A stretch of DNA of 64,000 nt from Nitrospirota bacterium (GCA_963796285.1 CAWCKW010000013.1:448001-512000), one strand, 5' to 3'. Counted from the first letter of the stretch, positions 42,436 to 53,203 are shown. Program-made: numbers and translations. The notes: generated by a model not told the origin, from the letters alone.

Positions 42436-42764
42436 GGTTTTTCTCCTTTGCATATGATAGTACCATTTTGATCTATTAAAGCATATGATATGCGTCATGA
42501 CAACCACAAATTTGCCGGCCGACTCGTCGGGTCAAATTCGTCTGACTTCATATTCTATTGAAAGATATAGTTACATCGGTTGATAGATAGTTCGGAACAA
42601 CATTCCGCCAGCGTTTTTTAAACCTCGGCATAGCCAGGCATAATCAGCAAAAATTCAGTGTACCTGAAATTGATTTGGGTTCTTGACAAATATTAATTCT
42701 TCTGGTAGCCTTAGTCAGTATTCAGGGCTTTTTGATGAAAAAATCATATTACGGAGGTGGTACC

Positions 42765-43053
42765 ATGAAAGTCGCAAGATCGCTTGTTCTCGTCGTTTTT
42801 GTTCTGCTCGCATTTGTAGGTGTAGCCCTCGCGCTGGAGATATCGGGGGAAGTCACTGCTGTGGATGCCGCGAAAGGTACTCTGATCGTTGAAAAGTGGA
42901 GCGGTTGATGCCGGCTTTGATTGTGAAACAGGGTCCCTGATTAAAGATGTGAAGGTGGGAGATAAGGTTGCTGTGGAATATAAGGAAGAGGGCGGCAAGA
43001 AAAAGGCAACGAAAGTTACCCCGATGAAAAAGAAGGCCGCTGTAGGATGCTGA
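42765..43053 (+). CDS. Small secreted OB-fold-like protein ending in Gly-Cys, with a +1 frameshift at ~42886 (absent from the ORF track)
   Basis: RBS ggagg; signal peptide; reconstructed GEVTAVDAAKGTL.LKSG...VKVGDKVAVEY...KKKAAVGC; upstream TTGACA-17-TAGCCT; downstream terminator. Confidence 0.75.
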
Positions 43054-43065
43054 TTTGTTCCGCTG

Positions 43066-43097
43066 AAAAGGCAGGCTAATGCCTGCCTTTTCTTTTT
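43066..43097 (+). terminator. Rho-independent terminator
   Basis: aaaaggcaggc-taat-gcctgccttttcttttt. Confidence 0.85.
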
Positions 43098-43302
43098 CAC
43101 CCGGACTCTGTTTATAAGATTCCCGCATTCCCTCATGTTTTCCCTGCCTGGCTCGAAAACCTGCCTTTGAAAATATTTTTACAGCGTCCACTATTGCTAT
43201 GATCATGACTGTTGCACGCGCATGAAAATCGGTCCCTGAAGAAATATTCGGAGCTCATCTTTAGACAGCTTGTCAAAAAACAAAAAGCCCTTTACAAACA
43301 CG

Positions 43303-43335
43303 AAGGGCCTCCAGAGAAAATATCTGGAGGCCCTT
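43303..43335 (-). terminator. Hairpin downstream of fhs
   Basis: 13-bp stem aagggcctccaga / tctggaggccctt. Confidence 0.65.
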
Positions 43336-43350
43336 TGATTCTTACACTTC

Positions 43351-45115
43351 TTAAAACAGCCCTGAGACCTTGCCGGTGTTTACATCCACGTCCACGCGAC
43401 GGAATGCCGGGTTGGAACTCGTTCCGGGCATAAGGCTGATCGCCCCGGCGCACGGGCACAGGAACTTGGCGCCCGAGTAAATCAACACATCCCTGATGGG
43501 CAGCGTCCAACCCTTGGGCACTCCCTTGAGGGTCGGATCGTGGGTGAGACTGAGATGGGTCTTGACCATCATGGTGGCGTAGTCCGCGTACTTGGGATCG
43601 TCTTCCAGCATTTTGGCCTTGGCCTCAGCTTCGGGAAGCCAGGAAACACCATCCGCACCGTACACCTCTTTGGCAATTTTCGCCACGCGGTCACGCAACT
43701 TCATTTCAAGCGGATAGAGGAACTTGAAATCGGTTTTCTCGTTACAGGCGTCAATGACCGCGTCGGCAAGTTCCAGGGCTCCCTCACCGCCTTTGAGCCA
43801 GTGCTGGGATTCCGCGCAGCGGGCGCCGGCTGCTTCTGCGGCCTTCTTTACCGCGGCCACTTCGGCATTCGTATCGGTGTAAAAACGGTTGATGCAGACA
43901 ACAGGGTTTATGCCGGACTTGCGGATGACGTTGATCATGTGGACCATGTTAGCGCAGCCCTTTTCAACCAGGCCAACGTTCTCCTTCGTGTACTCTTCGG
44001 GCAGGGCCTTGCCGGCCACTACCTTGGGGCCGCCGCCATGCATCTTCAGGGCGCGGACGGTGGTGGTGAGCACGGAAACGTGCGGTTTCAGGCCGCTGAA
44101 ACGGGACTTGACGTTCCAGAACTTTTCAAAGCCGATGTCCGCGGCAAAGCCGGACTCGGTCACATGGTAGTCGAACAGCTTCAGGCCGACCCGGTCGGCG
44201 ATGATGGAGGACTGGCCCACGGCGATATTGGCGAACGGCCCGGCATGGACGAAGCAGGGGTTGTATTCGGCCGTGCACATGAGGGTGGGGTTTATGGTAT
44301 TGCGCATAAAGGCGGCCATTGCATTGCCGACTTCGAGATCGCCTGTGGTAACCGGTTTGCCGCTTTTGTCGAAGGCAACGGTGATGTGGTTCAGGCGCTG
44401 TTTCAGGTCAGCGAGGTCTTTGGCTATGGACAGGATGGCCATGCACTCGGACCCGACCGCGATACCGAACTTGGACTGCATCATGAAGCCGTCCGTCCGT
44501 CCGCCCATGCCAATGATGATATGGCGGAGGCTCTGAGCGCAGAAATCCATGATCCATCCCATCTCGACGCGCGTGGGATCTATATCGAGACGCCTCATCT
44601 TCGTGAGACGCGCAAGCTGCTCGTCGTTATAGTTGCGCTCGTGCTGCATGCGGGAGGTCATCGCCACCATGGCCAGATTATGGGAGTTCATGATGTCGTT
44701 GATGTCGCCGGTGAGCCCCAGTGAAAACTCGGTCATCGGGTATCAGCAGAGAATTGCCGCCGCCGGCTGCGGTGCCCTTCACGTTCATGGTGGGCCCGCC
44801 TGAAGGCTGACGCAGCGCCCCGCCGACGTTCACGCCTCGTTTGCCGAGACCCTCCATCAAACCGCACGAAGTAGTGCTTTTGCCTTCGCCCAGCGGGGTA
44901 GGGGTGATGGCCGTCACCTCGATGTACTTGCCGTCGGGCTTATGTTTGAGACGTTCGTTTACCTTGAGAAAGTCAATCTTGGACAGGCGGCCCATGGGCA
45001 GCATCTCGTCCTTTTGCAGACCCAGTTTCTCGCGCCACTCTTCCGGCGTGGGCATGTTCTTTTCCGCTTCTTCGGAAATCTGCCAATCAGCTAATTTTGT
45101 TGCATCAAATGGCAT
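43351..45115 (-). CDS. fhs: Formate--tetrahydrofolate ligase with one apparent +1 frameshift at ~44739
   Basis: [19 protein letters not shown] and HAGPFANIA motifs; ORFs 44678-45115 and 43351-44736 join if one C is removed from ATA CCC GAT G. Confidence 0.95.
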
Positions 45116-45194
45116 ATCAACTCCTCCTTTTAAATACGATTATATATTCAAGATTCAAAATGTTGAATATTGAATATTCCATCTTGAATTTTTC

Positions 45195-45653
45195 TCAATA
45201 GCTGATCAAAAGCTTCATGAGCTTCTCGTTCATGGCGTGCACGTTCCTGCTCGAGATGCGCGCGATGGTCTTCATGATCTTGTACATCATCACGGTGTCG
45301 CTTTTTTCAAACGCCTTGAAATCATCGGTCTTGAACCGATAGACCTCCGTGGCCTCAATGGCCGTTGCGGCCGCACCGTGGGTACTCTTGCCCTCGATCA
45401 CCGAAAGCTCGCCGAAGATGTGGTTGTCCGACAGGACGGCAAGGGTCTGTTTCCAGCCGTCGGGCGTGGACTTCGAGATCTCCACCTTACCGCTCTTCAC
45501 GAGATAGATCCCCTTCGTGGGTTCTCCCTCATTAAAGATCGACTTCCCCTTGGGGTAGCTCTCGACCGCGATCTTCTGCGCCATCATTTCGAGCTCGGTC
45601 TCGGTCAGGTCGCTGAAGAGTACCTGTTTTTTAAGTTCTGATTTATCGGGCAT
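45195..45653 (-). CDS. Stand-alone cyclic nucleotide-binding domain protein
   Basis: IFNEGE, LVKSGKV and FGELS motifs; no HTH domain. Confidence 0.88.
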   Translation of the reverse strand: MPDKSELKKQVLFSDLTETELEMMAQKIAVESYPKGKSIFNEGEPTKGIYLVKSGKVEISKSTPDGWKQTLAVLSDNHIFGELSVIEGKSTHGAAATAIEATEVYRFKTDDFKAFEKSDTVMMYKIMKTIARISSRNVHAMNEKLMKLLISY

Positions 45654-45690
45654 TGTTGCCTCCTCGCTGTCTAAAACGTAATGATAAAAT

Positions 45691-45772
45691 TAACCACAGA
45701 GCACACAGAGAAATCTTACGATCTCAAAAGCATAAGGCTTTCCCCGGCCGCCGCCTCTGTGCCCTCTGTGGT
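45691..45772. repeat. Palindromic element (CACAGAG family)
   Basis: aaccacagagcacacagag ... ctctgtgccctctgtggt. Confidence 0.75.
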
Positions 45773-45781
45773 AATAAATCC

Positions 45782-48454
45782 TTATGCCTTCTCGATCCGC
45801 ACGGCTGAGACCTTGAATGACGGGATCTTGGCTGTCGGGTCGAGCGACGTGCTGCTCGTGAGCACATTGGCCGCCGCTTCCTTGAAATGGAAGGGGATGA
45901 ACACCACGCCCTTGGCGGGCCGTTTTGACACGAGCGTCTTGACAGTGATCGAACCGCGGCGTGAGCTGACCTTCACCTGCATCCCGTCGCTGACGGACAG
46001 CTCCCTGGCATCGCCGGGGTTTATTTCAATATATGCTTCCGGCGATACTGCATTGATCGGCTTCACCCGCCTGGTCATGCCTCCGGTATGGTACTGGAAC
46101 AAGAGCCTGCCGGTCGTCAGGATGAACGGATACTCTTTGTCCGCCTGTTCCGCCGATTCTTTATAGGTTACGAGGGTGAATCTGCCCTTGCCGCGCGGGA
46201 ACCCGCCCTTGAACAGGAACTGCGTGCCGGGATGGTCCGGCGTGGGACAGGGCCATTGAAGGCCGCCGTCTTCGAGCCTGACGTAGCCCATGCCGGCGAG
46301 CGCCGGCCAAGCCTGGCCCATTTCACGGAATATTTCGACGGTATGGGAATAGGTCATCTCGTAGCCCATTCTTTTGGACAGCTCCATGATGATGAGCGAG
46401 TCTTTCATGGCCGAACCCGGAGAGCTGACCGCTCTCCTGACAAGCTGCACGCGGCGCTCCGTGTTGGTGAACGTGCCGACCTTCTCGGCAAAGGATGAAC
46501 CGGGCAGCACCACGTGAGCAAGCTCCGCTGTTTCGGTCATAAAGATGTCCTGGACCACGAGCAAGTCGAGCGCCTTGAGCGCTTTCGCGGTGTGCGTGGA
46601 GTTGGGGTCGGAGACCGCCGGGTTCTCGCCCATGATATAGAGGGCCTTAAGCGTGCCCTTTTCCGCCGCAGGCAACATCTCCGTGGCGGTCAGGCCTTCC
46701 TTGCCCGACAGTTTCGCCTTCCAGAGGGCCTCGAACCTTTCCTGAATAGCGGGGATGACGACCCGCTGGTAGCCCGGGTACATGTTCGGTATGCATCCCA
46801 TGTCGGTGGCGCCCTGAACGTTGTTCTGGCCCCGGAGCGGGTTCACGCCGGCGCTCTCCTTGCCGAGGTTCCCGGTCATGAGCGCCAGGTTGGCGATGGA
46901 GAGGACGTTTTCCGTGCCGTGAGCGTGCTGGGTGATCCCCATGGTATAGTAGATGCCCGCTTTGTCCGATGAGCCGTACATCCTCGCCGCCTTGATGATC
47001 AAGTCCGCAGGTACGCCGGTGATCTTCGATGCGGCCTCGGGGGGATAGGCTTCGATATTTTTCCGGAACTCCTCGTCAAAGCCTTCCGTCATGGACGCGA
47101 TAAAATCCTGCTTGGCGAGGCCTTCTTTCATGATCACGTGCATCATGCCGTTCAAGAGCGCCACGTCCGTGCCCGGCTTCTGCTGCATCCAGATGTCCGC
47201 GAAACGGACGAGCGGCACCCGCCGCGGATCGGCGATGATGATCTTCGCGCCTTTACGCTTGGCCTTGATCATCTTGAGCGCGACAATGGGGTGGTTCTCC
47301 TTGGTGTTCGAGCCGATGACGAACAGCACATCATTGTTCTCGATCTCAGCCATGGAGTTCGTCATTGCACCGGAACCGAATACGGTGGCCAGACCGGCCA
47401 CAGTCGAGCTATGTCAGAGACGCGCGCAGTGATCGACATTGTTCGTGCCGATGCCCGCGCGGATGAATTTCTGGAATAGGTAGTTCTCTTCGTTCGTGCA
47501 GCGTGCGGAGGAGAGGCCGGCAATGGCGTCGGGCCCGTGCTTCTCTTTGATGGCGGTAAGCTTGTCGGCGATGAAGCCGAACGCCTCGTCCCAGGAAGCG
47601 GGGACGAGCTTTCCGTCCTTCCTGATCAGCGGAGTGGTGAGCCTGTCGGGGCTGTTGATGAAGCTGTATCCGAACCGGCCCTTGACGCAAAGCCAGCCTT
47701 CGTTGATCGTGTCCTGGCGCGAGGTGACCCGCACCACTTCGTTCCTGCTCACGTGCAGGGTGAGGTTGCACCCGCAGCCGCAGTAGGGACAGATGGTCTC
47801 GACCTGCTTCACGTCCTTCTGCCTGCCCTTGCCCAGGGACTGCTTGCTCATGAGCGCGCCCGTGGGGCAGATGCTGACGCACTGTCCGCAGAACTCGCAG
47901 TCGAGGTCCTTTTCAAAGGGCGTGGAGACCTTGGCGCCGAAACCGCGGCTTGAGATGTCGATGGCGCCCACGCCCTGGACTTCGTCGCAGACGCGAACGC
48001 ATTTGCCGCAGAGGATGCACTTCTCCATGTCGCGCTCGATAAAGGGGTTCATGTCCTTTTTCGTGTACTCGCGCCGCTCGCCGACGAACCGGTTCGACCG
48101 GAGCTCGTAGAAATACGCCAGTTCCTGGAGCGTGCAGTCGCCGGCCCGTTCGCAGACCATGCAGTCGTTCGGATGGTCGGACAGGAGGAGTTCGACGATC
48201 GTGCGGCGCTGGCGCTCGATCTGGTCGTTCGAGGTCTCTACTTCCATGCCCTCGGTCACCGGCGTGGTGCATGCCGTCACCGGCCGGGGCATGCCCTTTA
48301 CCTGGATAAGGCACAGCCTGCAGCCGCCATGGGGCTCCAGCCTCGGATCGTCGCAGAGCGTCGGGATGAAGATGTCATTCCGCCGCGCGGCGTCGAGAAT
48401 GGTCGCTCCGTCGGGGACGGTTATTTTCCTGCCATTGATCGAAAGATTTGCCAT
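45782..48454 (-). CDS. fdhF: Selenocysteine-containing formate dehydrogenase alpha subunit (NuoG-like FeS N-terminus plus Mo/W-bisPGD domain)
   Basis: In-frame TGA at 47414-47416 within DHCARL-U-HSSTVAGL...GSGAMTN; CPYCGCGC and RGQNNVQG motifs. Confidence 0.93.
47385..47401 (-). promoter_or_regulatory. Bacterial SECIS-like hairpin
   Basis: GUGGCC-GGUCU-GGCCAC starting 12 nt after the UGA, similar to the fdhF SECIS layout. Confidence 0.75.
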
Positions 48455-48458
48455 GGGG

Positions 48459-50237
48459 TTACCCTTTTCTGATCGCCTTGAACTTGCACGTCTCGAAGCA
48501 GGCTCCGCACTTGATGCACATGTCCTGGATGATCTTGTGCGGTTTCTTTTTCTCGCCGATGATGGCGCCGGCCGGGCACACGCGCGTGCAGGCGGTGCAG
48601 CCCTTGCAGAACTCCTCGAGAATGCCGTAGGACAAAAGGTCCTTGCAAACGCCGGCGGGACAGCGTTTTTCGAAGATGTGCGCCTCGTACTCGTCCCGGA
48701 AATACTTGATCGTGGAGAGGACGGGATTGGGGGCCGACTGGCCCAGACCGCAGAGCGACGATGTTTTTACGTCGCTGCTGAGCGTTTCGAGCAGATCGAT
48801 ATCCCCTTCTCTTCCCTTGCCTTCGGTGATCCTGGTCAGGATCTCGAGAAGCCTCTTGGTGCCGATCCTGCAGGGAACGCATTTGCCGCAGGACTCGGAC
48901 TTGGTGAACTCCAGGAAGTATTTGGCGACATTCACCATGCAGTCGGTCTCATCAAGCACCACCATGCCGCCCGATCCCATGATCGAGCCGACCTTGCCGA
49001 GAGATTCATAATCGAGCGTGGTGTCGATGATGCTTGAGGGAATGCACCCGCCGGACGGACCCCCGGTCTGGACGGCCTTGAGCTTTTTCCCGCCTTCGAT
49101 GCCTCCGCCGATTTCGTAGATGACCTCTCTGAGCGGGATGCCCATCGGCACCTCGATGAGCCCGGAGTTCAGGATCTTTCCGGTCAGGGCGAAGACCTTG
49201 GTGCCCTTGCTCTTCTCCGTGCCCATGCCCGCGTACCATGCCGCGCCCTTGCGCATGATGTAGGGAACGTTCGCGAGGGTCTCAACGTTGTTGATGATCG
49301 TCGGATAACCCCACAGGCCCTTCTGGACCGGGAAGGGCGGTTTGGCGCGCGGCTGGCCCCGTTTTCCCTCGATCGAGGCGATCAGCGCCGTCTCCTCGCC
49401 GCAGACAAAGGCGCCTGCGCCGAGCTTTACTTTGACATTGAAATCAAAACCCTTGCCGAGGATATTGGTGCCGAGGAACCCGCGCTCCTTTGCCTGCTTG
49501 ATGGCCAGGTGAAGCCGTTCCACGGCAAGGGGGTACTCCGCCCTGATGTAGACATAACCGTACGGCGCCGCGATGGCATAGGCGCCGATGATCATGCCCT
49601 CGATCACCGCATGAGGATTTCCCTCGACAACCGACCGGTCCATGAATGCGCCCGGGTCGCCTTCGTCGGCGTTGCAGATGAGGTACTTGATCGGACCGGG
49701 CGCCTTGATCGCCATGTCCCACTTGACGCCCGTGGGGAAGCCCGCGCCGCCGCGGCCTCTGAGACCCGAGGCTTTGATCACGTCGATCGTCTCCCGGGGG
49801 CTCATGGTCAAGAGGACCTTCTTGGCCGCCTCATACCCGCCGCGGGAGATATAGGAGTCGATGTCCTCCGGGTCTACTTCGCCGCAGTCGGAGAGCACGA
49901 CCTTGACCTGTTTATCATGGAAAGTGTGATAGTCGTCCTTCACGAGCCAGTCGCCCACTGGCGCGCCGCCCGCGATATGCTCATTCACGATCCGCTCCAC
50001 CATGTCCGGCTTGATGTACTCGTACGTAAACTTGGCGCCGTCGATGATAACGTCCACGAGCACGTCGCGCGCGCAGAACCCCCGGCAACCCACCTTATGC
50101 ACCGAACAGTTCTTCTCCACCTTCGCCCGGATCTGGGTAGCCGCTAAGGCCTTTTCGAACGAGGCGATCACGCCCACACCGCCCGCAGCTATGCCGCCCG
50201 TGCCCATACAGACCTTTATCGAGACGTCTTTATTCAT
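48459..50237 (-). CDS. NuoF/HydB-like NADH/FMN-binding subunit
   Basis: GRGGAGFPTG.KW, NADEGDPGAFMD, CGEETAL, GGPSGG and SCGKCVPCR motifs; C-terminal 2x[4Fe-4S]. Confidence 0.93.
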   Translation of the reverse strand: MNKDVSIKVCMGTGGIAAGGVGVIASFEKALAATQIRAKVEKNCSVHKVGCRGFCARDVLVDVIIDGAKFTYEYIKPDMVERIVNEHIAGGAPVGDWLVKDDYHTFHDKQVKVVLSDCGEVDPEDIDSYISRGGYEAAKKVLLTMSPRETIDVIKASGLRGRGGAGFPTGVKWDMAIKAPGPIKYLICNADEGDPGAFMDRSVVEGNPHAVIEGMIIGAYAIAAPYGYVYIRAEYPLAVERLHLAIKQAKERGFLGTNILGKGFDFNVKVKLGAGAFVCGEETALIASIEGKRGQPRAKPPFPVQKGLWGYPTIINNVETLANVPYIMRKGAAWYAGMGTEKSKGTKVFALTGKILNSGLIEVPMGIPLREVIYEIGGGIEGGKKLKAVQTGGPSGGCIPSSIIDTTLDYESLGKVGSIMGSGGMVVLDETDCMVNVAKYFLEFTKSESCGKCVPCRIGTKRLLEILTRITEGKGREGDIDLLETLSSDVKTSSLCGLGQSAPNPVLSTIKYFRDEYEAHIFEKRCPAGVCKDLLSYGILEEFCKGCTACTRVCPAGAIIGEKKKPHKIIQDMCIKCGACFETCKFKAIRKG

Positions 50238-50327
50238 GATTGCTCCGGAGTGAGACCGGGCCGAGCCCGGCATTTCACACCCAACTCTGAACCCTACACC
50301 TGTGGCTCCGCTTGGTCAGAGTGGTTC

Positions 50328-50810
50328 TTAAATATAATCGATGTACTCGTGCTTTCCCTCTTTGAGGGTCTTCATCTCTTTCATGAGCTTGTCCGGCGTC
50401 ACCTTGCCATGCACGGTCTTGTTCACGATAATGACCGGCGCAATGCTGCAGGCGCCGACACAGTTCACCTTTTCAACCGTGAATTTGAGGTCTTCCGATG
50501 TGTCCTCGCCGTCGGGTATCCCCAGCTCTTTTACGAGACTGTTGATCAGCCGCTCGGACCCCTTGACGTGGCAGGCCGTGCCGCAGCATGCCGTTATGAT
50601 GTTTTTCCCTCTCGGCTTGAGGTGAAACTGCGCGTAGAAGGTAGCTATGCCGTAAAATTTCGCCGGCGGAACATCGAGCCGCTCAGAGATCCAGGTGATC
50701 GCGTCCTCGCGCAGATAGCCGAATTCGCTCTCAAGGTCCTGCAGGATCGAGATCAGGTTGCCTTCGTTCTCATGGTACCGCGTGATGATACGTTCGAGTT
50801 TTTTTTCCAT
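50328..50810 (-). CDS. NuoE/HydC-like 2Fe-2S subunit
   Basis: ATFYAQF, CCGTACHVKG and CVGACSIAP motifs. Confidence 0.93.
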   Translation of the reverse strand: MEKKLERIITRYHENEGNLISILQDLESEFGYLREDAITWISERLDVPPAKFYGIATFYAQFHLKPRGKNIITACCGTACHVKGSERLINSLVKELGIPDGEDTSEDLKFTVEKVNCVGACSIAPVIIVNKTVHGKVTPDKLMKEMKTLKEGKHEYIDYI

Positions 50811-50926
50811 CGTCTTCTTCCTCTTGAGACAAAAAGGGCCGCCTCAATTGTCCCGGCAGCCGCGTAGGTACTCCACGGTCTTGGTCTTGGTGTGTGCTTG
50901 GAGGGCACGCTCCCGGCCTTCGACTG

Positions 50927-50955
50927 GCGCGCCCCTTATTGCAGCAGGGGCGCGC
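50927..50955 (-). other. Strong GC hairpin just downstream of acsB
   Basis: gcgcgcccct ... aggggcgcgc; no U-tract. Confidence 0.55.
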
Positions 50956-50980
50956 AAATTTGGACGCTATCCGTTCGTCA

Positions 50981-53182
50981 TCAGAACATCGGGTCCATCG
51001 TAAGCGCTGGATGGCCTTTTGCGGTAAGGAACTCCATCATCTTGTCGGAATCTTCCGCCACGGTCTCGTCGGCGATCTTGTCCAGGAGGTCCGGCACACC
51101 CTCTTCTTCTGCGCGCTTTTTGAACTCTTCGGCAAAGGACTCTTTCAGGTTCTTGGTCATCCAGACGACCCGCTTAAAGCCGCCGTCCGCCGCGAGGAAC
51201 TTTTTGCTCGTGAGGAAGAACCTTCCGATGCCCATAAAGCCGGGTGTCTGGGCCCCGCCACCCACTGTTCCGGCAAGGGTCGAGAACTTCATGCCGATGG
51301 GTGTCATGCCCGTGTAGCCGCGGTTCACCACCATCACGCCGTTTGCCTCCGGCACAATGGCCATGATGCACTCAAAGCAGCCGCATGACGTCATGGGCGC
51401 GTCCATGATGGTGTAGGCATTGAAATATTCGAGCGCCTGGTGCGAGTTCGTGTACACATATTCGTCCACGCCCTTCCAGCGCCCCTTGATCGCATCGACG
51501 GTCTCGCCTTTCAGTACCGGCTGGTTCGCGCCATTCGGATCGATCTCGTATGCGGCCTTGGCATCGAGCCAGTTGTAGGCGCCGCAGAGGCCGAGCCGCT
51601 CGGGAGACACAACGCACACGTGGTTCGGTGCGAAGCTCTGACAAAGGAGGCAGGAATAAAAGGTGTCAACGGACTCGTCGGTCATCGTAGCAAGACGGAT
51701 ATCGCGTTCGAGGTAGGCCTTGCGCGCTTCCTCGTTCTTCGCCTTCACGTCGGCCTCGTCCACAAACAGCGTCACCTGGACCTTGTCCACGATGTTGTTA
51801 AATTTATGTTTGAGCTGGGTCGCGAGGATGTCGCCGAAGTGCTTCAGGACGAACCCGTCCTTAAACGCGTTGATGCTGACCCGGAACCAGTTCTGGTCAC
51901 GCTGGCCCATGTGCCAGATGCCCTGTGCCTCGTTGACGAAGTGATGGATCTTCCGCTCGAGCACGGGTTCGAAGTCTTTCTGCATCTTCCGGCCCCCGAC
52001 CTCGACCATGACGCCGAGCGGCATCTGGCCGCCCTTCTGGTACCTGGCCTCGGGATCGGCCCCGATGATCGTGACCTTGCCGTCCTCGATGGTCTTCAAG
52101 TCCACCATATGGAGCCACTCGAAGGCCGGCGTGCGCTGCCCGCCGAACTCGATGTGCATGTCTTCCTTGCGGATGCGCTCGCCTTCGAAGGCCGGTCCAT
52201 AGGCCACCGGGATCGGCGGTTTCGAGACCGTGATCTTGAGACCGCGCACCTCGATGCACTTCTCAACAAGCTTCTTGGGATCGAGCTCCTTGGCCACTTC
52301 TTCGTAGATCGTGACGCCCGTGGGATGGATCGTCGGGATATCGGTGTTCGCGATGGCCGGGAAGCCCATGTTGATGGCGCCGGCGCCGGTGGTCCAGATT
52401 CGGTCGTTCAAGGGGCCGAGGACCATGGCAAAGGCGAACACCTTGTCCTTGGAGTACTTGAGTATCCGCTTGAAATCGCCGCCCTTCATGCCGCCGAAGG
52501 TGATGCCCGCGCGCGCCGCCCAATGCAGGGCATAAATGGCATGCTCCACCTCGGGGCCGAGAGGCACCAGGCGCGTATCCCAGCCGAGCTGCACGCCCTT
52601 TCGGAGAAGCTGCTTGGTCATGCTCTCTCCGTTCACGTTGCCGCACAGGAACGTGAGGATGTTCTTCTGCTGAAGGTCCCTGGCGATCTCGAAGGCCTGG
52701 TCATCGCTGTCCGCTGCGCCGATGATGCAAACATAACCCGGCATCGAGCCGTCCACCAGCTGCACACCCAGGTTGCGGAGGATCGTGTCGGAGATGAATC
52801 CATGGTAGGTCAGACCGATCGAGTCGTCCTTCACCGGCTCCTGTCCATAGATGTATCGGACCGCCATGATGATCTCCTGTGCAAAGAGGGTCGCCATGCC
52901 GGCGTCGAGCGCCTCTCCCAGATAGGGCTTGAACAGGTGGTCCGCCGGTGCCTCGGTGAGGAGCGGCTTCACATGCCGTTCAAGGGCCGTCTTCATATCT
53001 CCGACGGTATGGACCTCGTAGCCCGTCATGGAGAATATCTGCGGCAGGAAGTATGCGGTATCAGGGAACTCGAACTTGAAGTCCGCGCCCTTCTCGGTGA
53101 TGGCCTTCTCAACAAGCGCCTCGGCCTGCTTCACGTAGTAGTGGGATCCCAGAATGGCCCCGGTGGCAATGACTTTTGACAT
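50981..53182 (-). CDS. acsB: Acetyl-CoA synthase (CODH/ACS subunit)
   Basis: YSCLLCQSFAPNHVC, GLCGA, MTSCGCFEC and GGGAQTPGF A-cluster motifs. Confidence 0.96.
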   Translation of the reverse strand: MSKVIATGAILGSHYYVKQAEALVEKAITEKGADFKFEFPDTAYFLPQIFSMTGYEVHTVGDMKTALERHVKPLLTEAPADHLFKPYLGEALDAGMATLFAQEIIMAVRYIYGQEPVKDDSIGLTYHGFISDTILRNLGVQLVDGSMPGYVCIIGAADSDDQAFEIARDLQQKNILTFLCGNVNGESMTKQLLRKGVQLGWDTRLVPLGPEVEHAIYALHWAARAGITFGGMKGGDFKRILKYSKDKVFAFAMVLGPLNDRIWTTGAGAINMGFPAIANTDIPTIHPTGVTIYEEVAKELDPKKLVEKCIEVRGLKITVSKPPIPVAYGPAFEGERIRKEDMHIEFGGQRTPAFEWLHMVDLKTIEDGKVTIIGADPEARYQKGGQMPLGVMVEVGGRKMQKDFEPVLERKIHHFVNEAQGIWHMGQRDQNWFRVSINAFKDGFVLKHFGDILATQLKHKFNNIVDKVQVTLFVDEADVKAKNEEARKAYLERDIRLATMTDESVDTFYSCLLCQSFAPNHVCVVSPERLGLCGAYNWLDAKAAYEIDPNGANQPVLKGETVDAIKGRWKGVDEYVYTNSHQALEYFNAYTIMDAPMTSCGCFECIMAIVPEANGVMVVNRGYTGMTPIGMKFSTLAGTVGGGAQTPGFMGIGRFFLTSKKFLAADGGFKRVVWMTKNLKESFAEEFKKRAEEEGVPDLLDKIADETVAEDSDKMMEFLTAKGHPALTMDPMF

Positions 53183-53203
53183 GGATTACTCCTTTTACAG
53201 TTA

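Noticed and set aside
42906-43053. TGA codons at 42906 and 43051 as selenocysteine
   Set aside because: The first arises from the frameshift. The second is followed by a terminator with a U-tract and no plausible coding continuation.
44678-44745. Programmed frameshifting in fhs or metF
   Set aside because: No slippery sequence is visible, and many similar indels nearby point to sequencing error.
48459-50810. nuoEF as part of respiratory complex I
   Set aside because: No membrane nuo genes are present, the genes are coupled to fdh, and the domain layout is HydB/HydC-like.
50815-50980. Riboswitch (Moco/Wco or ZTP) upstream of the FDH module
   Set aside because: The region is structured, but I could not match consensus features on the coding strand. 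An Rfam scan is needed.
51440-53179. Long antisense ORFs (e.g. 51440-53179 +, 11613-12836 -, 43540-44724 +, 171-1271 -)
   Set aside because: These are shadow frames of well-supported genes in GC-rich DNA, with no recognisable motifs.
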